Positions 39,180-54,036 are shown, counted from the first letter of the stretch. The stretch: DNA of 64,000 nt from Octopus sinensis (GCF_006345805.1 NC_043012.1:22382001-22446000); one strand, 5' to 3'. Notes: generated by a model from the letters alone, not told the origin. Numbers and translations are program-made.

Positions 39180-40765
39180 AATTACAGGTGCTGGTAGAAT
39201 AATTCTTTCTCAAGAGTAACTCTTTCTCCTGTTCTCTGTTGTTGATAAATAATAGATTCCAAGCAGAAGTGGGGGGGGGTGCAGGCTTATCTTACATTGA
39301 CAGAAAGCTACAAGTTGTTTATGGAGATGACACAATTGACAAGAGCATTGTGCACAGATGGATGAAGAAGAAATTTCAAAAAAGGGAAAATTAGTATTGA
39401 AAACTAGCCGCACAGCAGGAGACCATCAACTGTGATTAATGAACCAAATAATTAACGAATGGACATATAACTAATGAGTAGATGAATTGAGTCATGCAGG
39501 CGGATGAGTCAAAATCCATGAACACAACTGGACTGAAGTCACCGTTCATTTGAGTATTGGAAAATGGCTTCAAAGTGTCAACCTCAGCAGTTGACAACCA
39601 ACTGGAAGGAGAACTAAGTGAAAGTTTTCTCTGATTGGTTGGAAGAGTTTGAAGCCATTACTCTTTTACTCTTTTACTTGTTTCAGTCATTTGACTGTGG
39701 CCATGCTGGAGCACCGCCTTTAGTCGAGCAACTCGACCCCGGGACTTATTCTTTTGTAAGCCCAGTACTTATTCTATCGGTCTCTTTTGCCGAACCGCTA
39801 AGTAACGGGGACATAAACACACCAGCATCAGTTGTCAAGCAATGCTAGGGGACAAACACATACACACAAACACACACACACACATACATATATATACATA
39901 TATACGACGGGCTTCTTTCAGTTTCTGTCTACCAAATCCACTCATAAGGCTTTGGTCGGCCCGAGGCTATAGTAGAAGACACTTGCCCAAGGTGCCACGC
40001 AGTGGAACTGAACCCGGAACCATGTGGTTGGCAGACAAGCTACTTACCACACAGCCACTCCTGTGCCATTGAAGATACATTTTTTTCCAATTTGGTAAAA
40101 GGGGATGAAATGTGGGAACATCTTCAGGATCTGGAAATGAAGGCTTAGCCCATGAAATGGTGTCACATCTTTTTTCCAGAACTTATAATATTCAAGAGCC
40201 AGAGTTTGGCATAGAATGTTATGGTGACTGCTTCTTTGGCGTTGATAATGTGTCATTCTGTTTGATTTTCTGGAACATGAATAAATCATGAACAGCAATC
40301 ACTCCATCAAGACACTAAAGAAAGCTTAGGGAATCCATTAGTAAGATGAATATAAAAGTGATTCATGTTCCCCATTATAAAGTGCAAAATAAACAAATCT
40401 TTGGTCACAAATCAGGCAATCAACAAACTGGGCCAGTCAAAGGTGCTCCGTTCACTGTACAACCAGGTGTGATGCTCCACGGAAGGACAGTTTCTGAGGA
40501 CAATGATTTGATGAGGCAAACAAGGTAAAAATGGCTATGGAGAATTGGGTTCAACAGCACACACCTGAATTTGTTGAAAGAGGATTAAAATGTTGGGTTC
40601 AGTGGTGGCCCAAATGCATTGCTTGTGTTGGAGAATATGTTGAGTAGGGCCCTTGTATGGAGCAAAAGCTAATCTATCAACAAGCACAGTTTCTGAGGAC
40701 ATTGCAGGTGAGAAAGTAGTTATGACTGCCTTTGTATTACTTTTCGTACCACACTGATGTGTATG
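39180..40765 (+). mobile_element. mariner transposase fossil interrupted by SINE A
   Basis: HTH region RKLQVVYGDDTIDKSIVHRWMKK...RRPST; the LVKGDEMW catalytic motif restored across the SINE; C-terminal PEFVERGLKCWVQWWPKCIACVGEYVE*. Confidence 0.85.
39660..40067 (-). mobile_element. SINE family A, young full-length copy
   Basis: High identity to 13111-13517. Flanking gccatt at 39654-39659 and 40065-40070 (the gcc overlaps the SINE terminus). Confidence 0.9.
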
Positions 40766-40810
40766 TGTGTATATATGTATACACACACACATATAGACAT
40801 ACACACCACA

Positions 40811-40858
<48 letters not shown>

Positions 40859-43800
40859 CTTTATATATATCCACACACACAAATAATTATATTTGTTATG
40901 CTTGCTGATACCACAGCACATTCTGAAGTCCATTATATAACCTAATGGGCATTTATGTCTGTCATACAATCTCTGGAGATTTGATGATATAATCTGTTTG
41001 TAAGGCATTTTTATATAACATATTATTGTTAATGAAATACATATAAGATATATTAAAGAAACATTATGCCTATAATGCATGCATGTGTGTTCGCATGCAT
41101 ACACATACATATGCACAATGTGTGTGTGTCTACACACACATATATACATATATATATATATATATATACAAATATACACACACACATACACTGATGTATA
41201 TAATCATATTCATATACACACACATACAAGTACACATATAAATGTATGTATTTATGCATGAATATACATATATATATATATATACACTTACTATGAAAAT
41301 CACATACACAGAGAGACAAATGAAAAATATATTTATATACACACACACACACACACAAACACATACCTGTGCATACACAATATAAAAAAATATATTTGTA
41401 TACTTCATATTTCTTAAGACACACATGTATATACATATACACATAAATATATACATGTAGAAAATGCATCTTACAAATATCATGTGCTGGCTATAAATGT
41501 ATACAAGTTGATAGACAATATATATATATATACAAGTGTGTGTATATGTATGTATATATATAGGGCAGTATATAGCTAGATAGAAGACCTAAGCCAGATG
41601 TAACAAACATTAATATTATCCAGTTGTTATGCCATCCACTATCCTTAATTTGTATTCCATGACCAAGGAGCTTGGCCTTGCATAGGATAAGCATCTAATC
41701 CACACCAATTTGCAACGCAATTACTGGGATGATCCGCAGAAAAGATAGCCAATTCCGTACAGTTAGAATTTCAATATGTTTCAAGACCTGTTTAATTATC
41801 TGGCAATTTGCTATCAGAATCCTTCCTTTACGTATATTTGTTTGTATGAATTGTTCAGCTTGTTCGTCTGTGTTTATGTATATGTAACATTTGCACTGAC
41901 ATATATACATATATACGTACACACACACACACATACATATACACACACATGCATATATATATATATATATACATATACAAACACACATATATGCATACGC
42001 ATACACACATACACATATATACCTATACCTATACATAAATACATAGGCAGATACACATATGCATATCCACACACATTTGTGCATGCATATCATGTATATG
42101 CTTATGTGTATATGTGTCTGTGTGTATATTTATATGTATATTTCAATAGGTAGATGAATATGGATTGGTTTTATATATATATATACACATACATGTATAT
42201 GCACATATACATACATGTATTTGCATATATGTATGAGACTTTATGTATGGATGTGTGTGTGTGTGTGAGTATATATATATATATATATGCATGTATGTTG
42301 TATCAAGAGAGAGAGAGAGAGATAGGGGGAGATAGATAGACAGACAGAAGGGAATGGAAAATCTTAGTGGAGAAGAGAATGAAAAAGACTTCGTAATTAT
42401 TGGTTGCATTGTTATTACAGCTAATTTGATAATGATGGTGGTGGTGGTGGTGATGATGATGATGATGATATGATGATGATGTGGGTGATATTTGTTGTTG
42501 TGATGGTGGTGGTAGTGGAGGTGATGACAATGAAAATGAGAATGAGGATAATGGCAATAATGATGATGGTCATTGTAATCATGAGGATGTTGGTAATAGT
42601 AATATTGATGATAATGATGATGATGCTGATGATGATGATGATAGTAATGATTACAAGAGCGGAAGGAAGAGAAGGGAGAAGGTATTGGTGAAAGTTAATA
42701 TATTTGTCCAGAACTACAAACTTGTTGGAATGCTTGCAGCGAGGAAGGAAGAAAGGAAAGAAGGAAGGAAGGAAGGAAGGAAGGAAGGAAGGAGAGAGAT
42801 GTTGGGAAGTGAAGGAGTATGGGATGGAAGGGAGAGAAGATGGATCCCCACCACCACCACCACCACCACCATCACCACCATGGCCACCACCACTGCTGTA
42901 ATGAATAAACTTTTCTCACATGTTATAATGTATCTTTAGAATGGTTTGGTCTTCAGAATGGTGAATGTGGAGCAGCACTGGGTTGCATGCCGGTGCAAGT
43001 TCAAACCATACCACCAGCAGCATGCATCATCATCCTCCTCATCATCATCATCATTGTTATCACCATTGTCTCTTTCCTGTCACCTGGACATCTAACACCA
43101 TAACTCTATCACCAGCGATGGTGAAGAATTAGTTTTGTATGTGTGTGTGTATATGTATGTGTATATATTCTGCTCAATAGAAACCTATTCAAGTCTCTTA
43201 ATTAGTTGCTGTATCACCTGAGGCCTAAGGTGTCATCTCAAGAAGCCAACAGAAGCTAAACTCTATCAGGTGGGGAGAATTAAACTTCAAGAAGTCAAAC
43301 AATATCAAATGTTCTCGGATGATGAAAAACTTTCTGTTTACACCCTCAGGTATGTGTGTGTGTGTGAGAGAAAGAGAGAGAGGAGGAGGAAGGGATTTGT
43401 GAGAGGTGACAGGTTTTGATAATCAACCAACCAAACATGATGACTTTATAAAGAAACTGGCTTTAACAGCAACAGCAACAATGTCATCATCATGATCATG
43501 ATCATCATCATCATGATCATCATCATCATGATCATGATCATCATCATCATCATCATCATCATCATTGCCCTTGTCATCAACATCATCTTTCTCAACAGCA
43601 CCATTATCGTCATCTTTGTGACTGTCCTTCTCCTCCTCCTCATCATCATCATCATTACCACCACCATCGTCATCATCCTCATCATCATTGCCATCAACAC
43701 CATGAACACCATCATCATTATTATTACAATCAACATCATCACCATCACATCATAACCACCATTATCAATGCTGCTGCTTCCACTGCAGGTGATGCCACCA

Positions 43801-44625
43801 CCACCACCACGACTACCACCACGACTACCACCACGACTACCACCACCACCTCCACCACCACCACCACCGCCATCATCATCATCATCAACATCAACAGTAA
43901 AAACATCCACAATATTTGTGAAAATGACCCTCCAAAGTACAAAGGAAAAAACGGTAAACTATGAAATGTTCTTTCATTTCCTTATGGAACTTTCAAACCC
44001 TCGCAGAGGTTGTATGCAGGAAGTAGTAAACTTAAGATTATTAAAGTTAGCTTTCATTAAAATGGTAAACCATTTGCTATCAAAATGAAGAACTTAATGA
44101 CATCAATTAATTTATAATGGAACTTTCCAGAAAAAACGTCTTGTTTACTTTATTTGAAATGAGGCATATACACAGACTGTCATTCATGACTATACACACA
44201 CACACACACACACACACATTTACAAGCATACATATCAATATATGTTTGTACACATACACATATAAAAACAGAGAGAGAGGGATAATTAGATAGATAGATA
44301 GATAAATAGATAGATACATACATAAATAGATAGATTTACGTACACATACACACATAAGTTTGACAGAACAAGCAAGATAAATTAGACTCAGTAAATAAGT
44401 ATAAGTATATTTTATCATATTTATTCTTTTGCCAATTGAAAATAATAATAATCCTTTTAGACAACCTGAAACATTGTATGAGGTGGGTCTAGTAAATTGA
44501 CCCAATAGTTAACAGGTATTTATTTTGCTGAGCCACAAAGTATGAAAGGCAAAGTTGACCTTAGTGTTATCTGAATTTGGAGAGATGAACGGGATGCTGC
44601 TAATTATTTTGTGAAGCGTGCTACT

Positions 44626-44662
<37 letters not shown>

Positions 44663-44914
44663 TGATGATAATAACAATGGTTTCAAATTTTGCCACAAGG
44701 GCAGCCATTTTGAGGGAGGGGACGTGTCGATTACATCAACCCCAGTGTTTCACTGGTATTTAATTCATTGACTCCGAAAGAACGAAAGGCACAGTTGACC
44801 TTGGTGGAATTTGAACTCAGAATGTAGCGATGGGCAAAGTAAGCGTTTTGCCCAGTGTGCTGACGATTCTGCCAGCTTGCTGCATTCATAACAACAACAA
44901 CAATAATAATAATA

Positions 44915-45270
44915 ACAAGAGTACTCAGAGAGAGTACAAACCTCCACCAAGGCAACACCAACATCCTCTCAACAATTAGCCAGAGATGATTTTTAAAATG
45001 AGAACATCGGAAATAAACTCGACTGCTCTCACAAGTAAATTTGACCTCTCTCAAAAATTAAGTAAAAAGAACAGGTAAGATAATCCAGAATCCTTGTCTG
45101 GTACCAGATCAATCCCAAAATCTAACCAGTTCATGCCAGGTATGAGGCCAAACTTCTCTGAAAGTTTTATCCAAATCCATCCAGCAGTTTTTGAGATATC
45201 TTGTTCATGGATAGACAAACAAACAAACATGACTGAAAACAATAACTCCACCTTCGCTAAGGCAGCGGTA
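44915..45270 (+). mobile_element. Helentron-associated (HINE-like) element
   Basis: 5' subterminal cctccaccaaggc; 3' stem-loop ctccaccttcgctaaggcagcgg preceded by an (AAAC)n tract. Confidence 0.5.
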
Positions 45271-45296
45271 ATAATAATAATAATGATAATGATAAC

Positions 45297-45327
<31 letters not shown>

Positions 45328-45589
45328 GTTTCAAATTTTGGCATATGGCCAGTAATTTTAGGGGACAGGTAAGTCAGTTACATTGAGCCCTGTGTTCAAC
45401 TGGCATTTATTTTATTGGCACCAAAAGCCTTGGGAGAATTTGAACTCAGAATGTAAAGACAGATGAAATACTGCTAAGTATTTTGCCTGGCAAGCTAATG
45501 ATTGTGCCAGTGTGCTGCTTTACTAGAGTTTAATGAGATAAAGGAGAAGAAATGAAAGAACAACTGAGGATCAAATCTTTCTGAAGACC

Positions 45590-46712
45590 AAGATTGGTGT
45601 TGTGCTCAAAATTGACCAGCTGGAATAAAATCCAAGCAGTTAATATGTGGAGTGATAGCATCACTTTGGTGTGGAGTAGGAATTATAAAATGGCAAAAGA
45701 AAGAGCTGATGAAAATGGATACAAAAACAAGAAAGATGTTGACAGTACACAGAGCCTTCCACCCTAAGAGTGACACCAATAGTCTGTACTTGTTCAGAAG
45801 AAAGGGTGGGAGAGGTTGATCAGTTGTCAGGATTGTATTAAAATGGAGGAAGCTTAGGGTGGTATATAAAAAATGCTGTGGAGCCATTGTTGAAACATGC
45901 AAAGAAGGCTGGAGTCATCAAAACTCAGAATTACGTAATGAAATAAAAATTTAAAGAAGAAAAGAACACACAAAAAGAAACAGCATGTAAAGAAGAAAAA
46001 ATGTTTAGTTAGTGTGCAAGAGATATGGACACTGATATAAATATAGAAGACCGGTGGCTATGGATGAGGAGGAGAAACCTGAAGATAGAAATAGAAGCAC
46101 TTATATGCGCAGCTCAAGAACAAGCATTAAGGACCAACTATATGAAGTGCAGAATAGACAAGACTACTGCTGTGACAAATGCAGAATGTGTGGGGAGAGG
46201 GGTAAAACGGTATAGCACATCATTAGCTAGTGCCCAAAATTGACACAATGTGAATACAAAAGATGCCATGACAATGTGGCAAGAATGATCCACTGGGAGC
46301 TCTGTGGAAATTATGGCCTACAAAGAGCAAAGATGTGGTATGACCAAACCGCAGAAGGAGTCATCAAGAATGAGAATTGGAAAATCCTGTGGGATGCAAT
46401 GATTCATTACAGTGAATGAAAAAGAAAGGACATGCATGATAATTGACATAGCATGCTCCAGTGACAACAGGATCAATGTGAAAGAAGAAGGAAAAAATAA
46501 ACAACTGTAACGATTTGAAGTGGGAAATACGAAGTTTGTTGTTAATGAAGAGAGCAGGCGTGATACCAATAGTAATTGGTGCACTTGGAAGTATTGCCAC
46601 TCACCTACCAGCATGGCTGAAAAAGATTGGTGCAAGTGTGAAAGCAGAACAACTACAAAAGTCAGCATTGCTTGGAAAGGCAAAAATTCTTTGCAGGGTT
46701 CTTGAAGCATGA
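45590..46712 (+). mobile_element. R4/Dong/NeSL-type non-LTR retrotransposon fossil (RT thumb, CCHC knuckle, RLE endonuclease)
   Basis: MDTKTRKMLTVHRAFHPKSD...LYLFRRKGGRG; DKCRMCGE...HIIS*CPKL...RCHDNVARMIHWELC; KILWD; VIPIVIGALGS...LQKSALLGKAKIL. Frameshifts and stops present. Confidence 0.9.
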
Positions 46713-46799
46713 TCAGTAAAGAAGCATCACCTTAATCTGTTGGCTGTGGAAATAGTCAAGAAAGAAGGCGAAAAGATAGATAGATAGAACTCTCTTAAC

Positions 46800-47100
46800 T
46801 ATGAAATAGCCTGATTATACAAAATGAAGAAGGTGAAGATAGTGCCAATTATTGTTGGATCCTTGGGAACAGTATCAAAAGCATCAAGAGGAATATAAAG
46901 GAAATTGGAGTAGAGTGCCCAGTAGGACTCTTACAAAATGCTTGCCTCTCTGGCATGGCCAGAATAATTAGGAAAGCATTAGAAAACTGGAAAAATAGAT
47001 AGCATGCTACTGTAGGCAGTAAGTCTGCTACACATGTAAGACTCCAGGAGCTCCAAGAAAATCTGTGGTAAAGAGAAATAATAATTATAATAATAATAAT
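46800..47100 (+). mobile_element. Second RLE element 3' end (different subfamily) with a (TAA)n tail
   Basis: KMKKVKIVPIIVGSLGTVSK...VGLLQNACLSGMARIIRKALE, then a 3' UTR and taataataat. Confidence 0.75.
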
Positions 47101-47139
47101 TTCTACTTAGGAAATAGCCATTATGCTCTGATGTAGTAT

Positions 47140-47692
47140 CAGGCAATGACTGTCATGGCTTCTGATCTTAACTGATTGGAAGTTTTATCATGTACATTGT
47201 TTTGTCTTGGTATAAAAGATGGGCAACAAGCAAATATTCTGCTCAATACCACAGGTTTGCTTGTCATTTGTTTGACCATAACCAGTTGAGCATGTCCCTT
47301 AGTGGCTGATGATATGTGTATCTCTGATCATGAGCAGAAGTAATGGGGGAGCATCATAGCCATGAGCTGAGAGGAGTTCTTTGGGGTTTTGAATAATTCC
47401 CCTCTGGAAACATGGGTGTTTTGTTCATCATCCTCAAATCAAACCTTATTCAGGGACCATTTGAGCAGGATGGGCTACTTGGACTGAAGAAAATTCTAAC
47501 TGGGTCCCACCTACAAGGTCATGCCCTTTTTATCGTGATATGAGATCACTATGTTGCGCACATATGGTTGTGATACACGTGCCTGGTGTATCCTTATCAG
47601 AAGGGTAGTCATGATGGGTATATTGGGCTTCGTATATTTGTACCCCGGTGTCACTTTCATGACAGGTATTGATTCTCACTCAATAATAATAA
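47140..47692 (+). mobile_element. Non-coding (TAA)n-tailed interspersed element (probably mobilised by an RLE element)
   Basis: Ends ctcactcaataataataat. The same 3' ~220 bp recurs at 58566-58790, embedded in (TAA)n on both sides. Confidence 0.65.
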
Positions 47693-48034
47693 TGATTGTT
47701 TTTACCACAAGCCCAAGGACTGCAACGTGAGGGTGGGAGCTAAGTTGATTACAATCCTCAGACTGGTACTATTTTTTAAAACTTCTTTTCACAACTGTTA
47801 TAAACTTGTAGGCTAAAAATAGAGATTGGTGTTGTTGTTTTTTTTTATATATGAACAAGAAGAGGACACCGTGAATAACAGTCGTTAAGTAATTGAATCA
47901 ATCACTGAAGAGAATCATAATAGCTATAATCAATGGAGAGAGCAGAGATAATTCAGAATAAATATAGTGACCAAGTTAGAAGCTTGGTGATTATGTCGTA
48001 GAGATTCTTCACTGTTATATTATTAGAAAATAAA

Positions 48035-48425
48035 AGGCAAGCTGGCAGAACCATGAGAATATGGGATGAAATGCTTAGCAGCATTTGTTTTGTCTCTTTA
48101 GATTCTGAGTTCAAATCCTGCCAAGGTCAACTTAGCCTTTCCTCCTTTCAGCATCGAATACAATACCTATTTCTTTACTACCCACAAGGGGCTAAACACA
48201 GAGAGGACAAACAAGGACAAACAGATTAAGTCAATTATGTCGACCCCAGTGCGTAACTGGTACTTTATTTAATTGACCCCGAAAGGATAAAAGGCAAAGT
48301 CGACCTCGGCGGAATTTGAACTCAGAACGTAGCAGGCAGATGAAATACCGCTTAGCATTTTGCCGGCGTGCTAACGTTTCTGCCAGCATCGAGTACAATA
48401 CCAGTGATGTACTGGGGTTGATGTA
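48035..48425. mobile_element. Old plus-strand SINE B interrupted by a younger minus-strand SINE B (48167-48385)
   Basis: TSD cagcatcga(a/g)tacaatac at ~48149-48166 and ~48386-48403. Confidence 0.85.
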
Positions 48426-48647
48426 GCTGACCTGCCTCCTACCCTCAAAACTGATGGCCTTTATCTCTTACCTTTCCCGTGTCACCGTCATTAGACTGTG
48501 GCCATGCTGGGGCACCACCTTGAAGGATTAATTTTTAGTTGAAAGAATCAACCCCAGCACATATGTCTTGAGCATGTTACTTATTCTGTTGGTTTGTTTT
48601 GCTGAACTGCTAAGTTACAGGGAAGAAACCAACACCAGTAGTCAAGC

Positions 48648-48686
<39 letters not shown>

Positions 48687-51196
48687 AAGGAGAGAGAGAA
48701 GAATCAATGCCAGTCCCCAATGAGGTGAAAAGCAAAGTTGACAGCAGCAGGATTTGAACTCACAGCCTAAAGACCCAGAACTGATATAGTGCAAGAAATT
48801 TTATCCCACATTCTAATAACTACCAAGTACAGCTCAACCCTGGGAAAGCGAGGTAGACTGAGGAAAAGGTGGAGGAAGAGATGGGGAGGGTTGGCTTGAA
48901 AAAGGAAGACAGCCAAAACTAGGCAAGATGGTGAGATGGTGTGAGGGTGGTTGCTATGGCATTGAGGTGGATCTGGCCATCCCAGTTAATGGGGACAAAA
49001 CCCAGATTTAAAACACTGGAGGAGGAGGAGGATGGTAATATATACATACCCTCAACATTCCCTTACCCTTTTGTTGTGGTATGTCATGTTTGAAAACTAA
49101 TTTTCGTTAAGATGTGTCAAGTCTCATAAGAGAACATGACTTTCAGAAGATACCAACTCCATTGTGTTTTTTTTTGGTAGATAGTTAAACATTACAGGAA
49201 TAAATATGAAATTTAATTTCAGTTAAAGGGTTGACGAGTTTCCCTGTCCCACTTAACTCAGCTTCTTTCTCTCACCAGATGACAAGTGGGACATCCCTAC
49301 CAGAATATCCTGGTACTTCCATAGATGTATTGGTTGGCTTGTTGCTGGTATTGGTTATCATGCGTATGCTGTTATTTGTTGGGCTACATGTTATGCATGC
49401 AGGATTAACAGACATAAACAGAATTATATATTTTCATTTTAAGATTTATTGAAAAGGAGGAGAACAATTGAATATGAACTTCTAATGGTCAGTGGTTGAA
49501 AACGTAGCAAGATTAGAACCAAGTAAAAACTAATAAGACTTGAGATGACAGGAAGAATCGGTTTACAATTCTGAACAAGAATTCCTTACATTTCTAGCTG
49601 GATTCAGTAAAAAGAAACTCGACATCGTTTCTGCTGTGCGAGGCCATTCTCAGAAATTGCTTTCAATGATAGGTGGGGATGCATGTTCTCTGGTGACAGT
49701 CTCATATCTGAAGTTCTTAGCATGGATCTACTTTGATACTGAAAGAAGCACAGTAAGTGGCAGGACATTCATGATACGGCCCAATACAACAAGTTGATTG
49801 GTTGACAACGAGGACAGACCCCATGATGGGAACATGATCTACATGTGGTATTGAACCTAGGAACAGAAGATTTTAGGTTTGATTCAACATCTCACAACAG
49901 GATATCTTCATTCAACAAAGATCCCAGCTGGCAAAAACCCTTACCACATCACTTTCGTTTCCAATAGGAAACCTCTCTATCCCCAAAATTAGTTCTGAAG
50001 CCCCCACCACCTCAATTTAACCATTACTTATATCATCTATGGTAGCATCAATGGTACCACTATCATCTCCACAATAACATCCAACTGACTGGAAAGATCC
50101 CAGCCCAGCCCAGCCCAGCCCTGATGGCCAAATACCACTGAGATCATCATTGCCATGGTGAATATACAGCCAATATCATCGTCCACCCGCCATCCTGCTT
50201 CTGCTTTCCTCACCCCAGCACCATCGCTAGTATTATCTACACCATCATCTCAATATCATTATTATCAACACCCTCAAAGCTATATTCCACCCCACACATA
50301 CACACACTACCATAACCTCTCCTACCCAGCCCATCAATTCTCGAGTTGTGCCACCACCACCACCACCACCACCATGGTCACTACCATCACACTTCCCACC
50401 ACACTTGACAGCATAACTAACATCTCTACCCTCATCATACCACCACCACCACCACCACCACACCACCACCACCGCACACGTCGCCACCGCCAACACTATC
50501 ATCACAGTCAATGTCATCAGCCCCCCTACCCTCAGTAGCATAACTAACAATTCTACCCTCATCACATCACCACCACCACCACCACACCACCACCACCACC
50601 ACCACTTCTTTCTTCCCTCGTCTCTTTCTTTCCTTCTTTCCTTCTTTTTGTCCGTTTGATAAAGTCTGTGTAAAATAGGCAGTGCGCCGATGCCCTCTTT
50701 TGAATATATCAGCATTCTTTGAACCAAGAATAATAACGAGGAACTTACTAATTATCTTTAATTAGTCACACTGGTCTTTTGCTACTTTTGTATTTTATTT
50801 TTCATTTATATCTTTTTTTATTCTTTTTTACAATTTTTCCTCTTTTAAGAAAGCTCTTTGCTGTGTAACCTGTGATTAACTGAACATTGTTTTTGCTGTT
50901 GTTTTTGAGGTATTTTCTTTTAATTTTCTTCTTGTTTTTTCATTGTTTTTTTTTTTCTTTCTTTCTTATAACATTTAATATTTGGCAGCCTTCCTGCTTG
51001 CAACTTATTACATTATAGCAACAATGATGTGTGCAGCAAAACATATACATGCATCTATACATATATATATATATATATATACACATATATATATATACAC
51101 ATATATATATACATATATGTATACACACACATACACAGACATATATATATACATATACTTATGTGTACATATATAAACACACACACACACACACAC

Positions 51197-51232
<36 letters not shown>

Positions 51233-51535
51233 GATGGGGTATGTATGTATATTCTGTATATACCCATGTGAAGATGCAGGACATAATGATAATGTAATTT
51301 ATGTGATTATATGCATGCATGCTGTGTGTGTATGTGTGTGCATACATATATGTATGCATGTATTTGTGTGTGTGTGTGTGTGTGAATGCATGGGTCAGAG
51401 AATGGGTGGGCTATACACACATACACACACACATATATAAATGCATACATGTATGTATGTATATATAGAGAGAGGGGGGAAGGGCTTTTTGAACAGTGCA
51501 TGTGTATGTATGTACAAATTACATTGTGTTTCCTC

Positions 51536-51586
<51 letters not shown>

Positions 51587-51849
51587 TAGTATATGTGTTG
51601 GCATATACTTTTTGTGTGAGTCTATGTCTTAGGTGTTTTATTATGATGTGTATCAATGCACATGTATACTTGCATGTATGTGTGCAAATGTGTGTTTATG
51701 TGTGTGTGTGTGTGTGTGTGTGACCACATGGATTTGTTTTTTGTATGCAAAATATGTATGTTTATATACTGTGTGCACAGATATGCTCCTCATACCAACG
51801 GACATGCACACGCATACACACACTTATACATATATACATATACACAAAT

Positions 51850-51892
<43 letters not shown>

Positions 51893-52300
51893 GTGACTAA
51901 AGTAAAATAACTTTGTATAAAGACAAGACAAACGGAAGATAGTAGAAGGGAATCGACCCCTGCCCCCCCCCACCACCACCACTACGAAAAAAATTAAATA
52001 AATAACAGACACAAAAAAAAATACTTTAAAAAAAAATGAAGAAGAAATTAAAAAAAGAAAACTAACAACAGCAGAAACAAAAACATAATATATACTGAAA
52101 AAAAAACAACAAAAAAAAAATTAAAATAATAATATAAGAAAACAAAGGAAGAGAATTAAAGAATCGACCCCCTCCCCTCCGCCACTGCTCTCCACCACAC
52201 CACACTTTTGAGATCTTTGCTGCTACCAGCAGTAAAAAAGAAGGGGGGACAAAAGGAAAAAAAAATAAACAACATCCACAATAACTAAAAGAATAATAAA

Positions 52301-52344
<44 letters not shown>

Positions 52345-52712
52345 TAACAATAATAATAATAAAATTACTGTTATGTATAAAAAATACGTAAAAAATAATA
52401 TAAATAATAAGATGAGGGTGAGTAGAATGTTTTTTTTTGTTTTTTTTTTGGTAAAGTGTGTGTATGTCTTTGATGTTAGCAGCCACATCCATGTCTTGTA
52501 GATGATGTCTTGGTCAGCCTGCAGCTGAGCTTGTTTTGCAGATAATGGCAGAAGAGAAGGATACAGAGAGGATTGGAACATATTCTTAGGAGGAGAGAAA
52601 AGTGTGTGTGTGTGGGGGTGTGGGAGAGAGAGAGAGAGAGAGAGAGAAAAAAATAGAGAAATGATAAGCTAATAAGAAAGCAAAAAGAGTGGGAAGAAAG
52701 CTTACGGAAAAT

Positions 52713-52750
<38 letters not shown>

Positions 52751-53309
52751 AGAGGGAGGGAGTGTGAGAGAGGGGGTGAGAGGGTGGGATTATGCTGGTG
52801 AAATAGAAAAGATAGAGAAGCTGTTATTAAGAAAGTAACGGAGAGAGAGGGAAGGGAAAAGTCTAATGGAAAATAAGAGAGAGAGAGAGAGAGAAAGGGG
52901 GAATCAGGCTGGTGAGGCAGCAGAGAGAGAGAGAGAATGAGAAAGGAGAGAAGAGAGAGAGAATATGAAAGGAGAGAAGAGGGAGAATGAGAAAGGAGAG
53001 GAGAGAGAGAGAAGAATAATACTTATGAAAAATGAGTGACTGTGAGAGAAGGAGAGAGAGAGAGAGAGAATAAGAGAGTGAGAAAGAGAATAAGAGGGAG
53101 AGAGAGAATAAGAGAGAGCAAATAGACAAACAGACCATCAGGTAGGCAGACAGGAGGGTGGGAGGTCAGAAAATGTGAGAGAGAGTAGGAGTGAGAGAGA
53201 GTGAGTAGCAGAAAGTGAGAGTGTAGGAGAATAAAGGAATTGGAGACTGAGAAAGAAAGACGGAAGGGGGGGAGAGTAATGGGGAGAGAAGGAGAAACAG
53301 AGCATGCTT

Positions 53310-53345
<36 letters not shown>

Positions 53346-53643
53346 GAGAGAGTGAGAGAGAGTGAGAGAGAGTGAGAGAGAGAGAGAAAGAGAGAGGAAC
53401 AAAAGGCATACATGACTATAAGTGACAGATAGAAGGGAGGTTTCCAACAGAGTCGGTGGGGGGGATGCAAAGTTGGAGGGTGGGTATTGTGGACTATAGG
53501 TATGAAGTTGGGGGTAATGGTAGGGAGTAAAGAGGGTCTGTGTGTTCGTTAGGATATATAGTTGCAAGCAGCCCCTACAGTAACCGATGGAATAATTCTA
53601 TAAAGAATATATATACACACGTTTGCTTTATACATATATATAT

Positions 53644-53645
53644 AT

Positions 53646-53700
<55 letters not shown>

Positions 53701-53832
53701 CAAATATATATATAAATACACACACACACATGAATATATATATACATATATACATACACATATATATATATATAAATATATATATATATGTAAATATAAA
53801 TATATATATATATAAATAAATATATATATATA

Positions 53833-53872
<40 letters not shown>

Positions 53873-54003
53873 TATATATAAATAAATATATATATATATA
53901 TATATAAATATAAATATATATATATCATAGTAAGAGCACAACTTTGAGAAAGTTGGGTGTTTTCTATACTCCACATCTATAATCTTTTTGATTATTAATG
54001 TGT

Positions 54004-54036
<33 letters not shown>

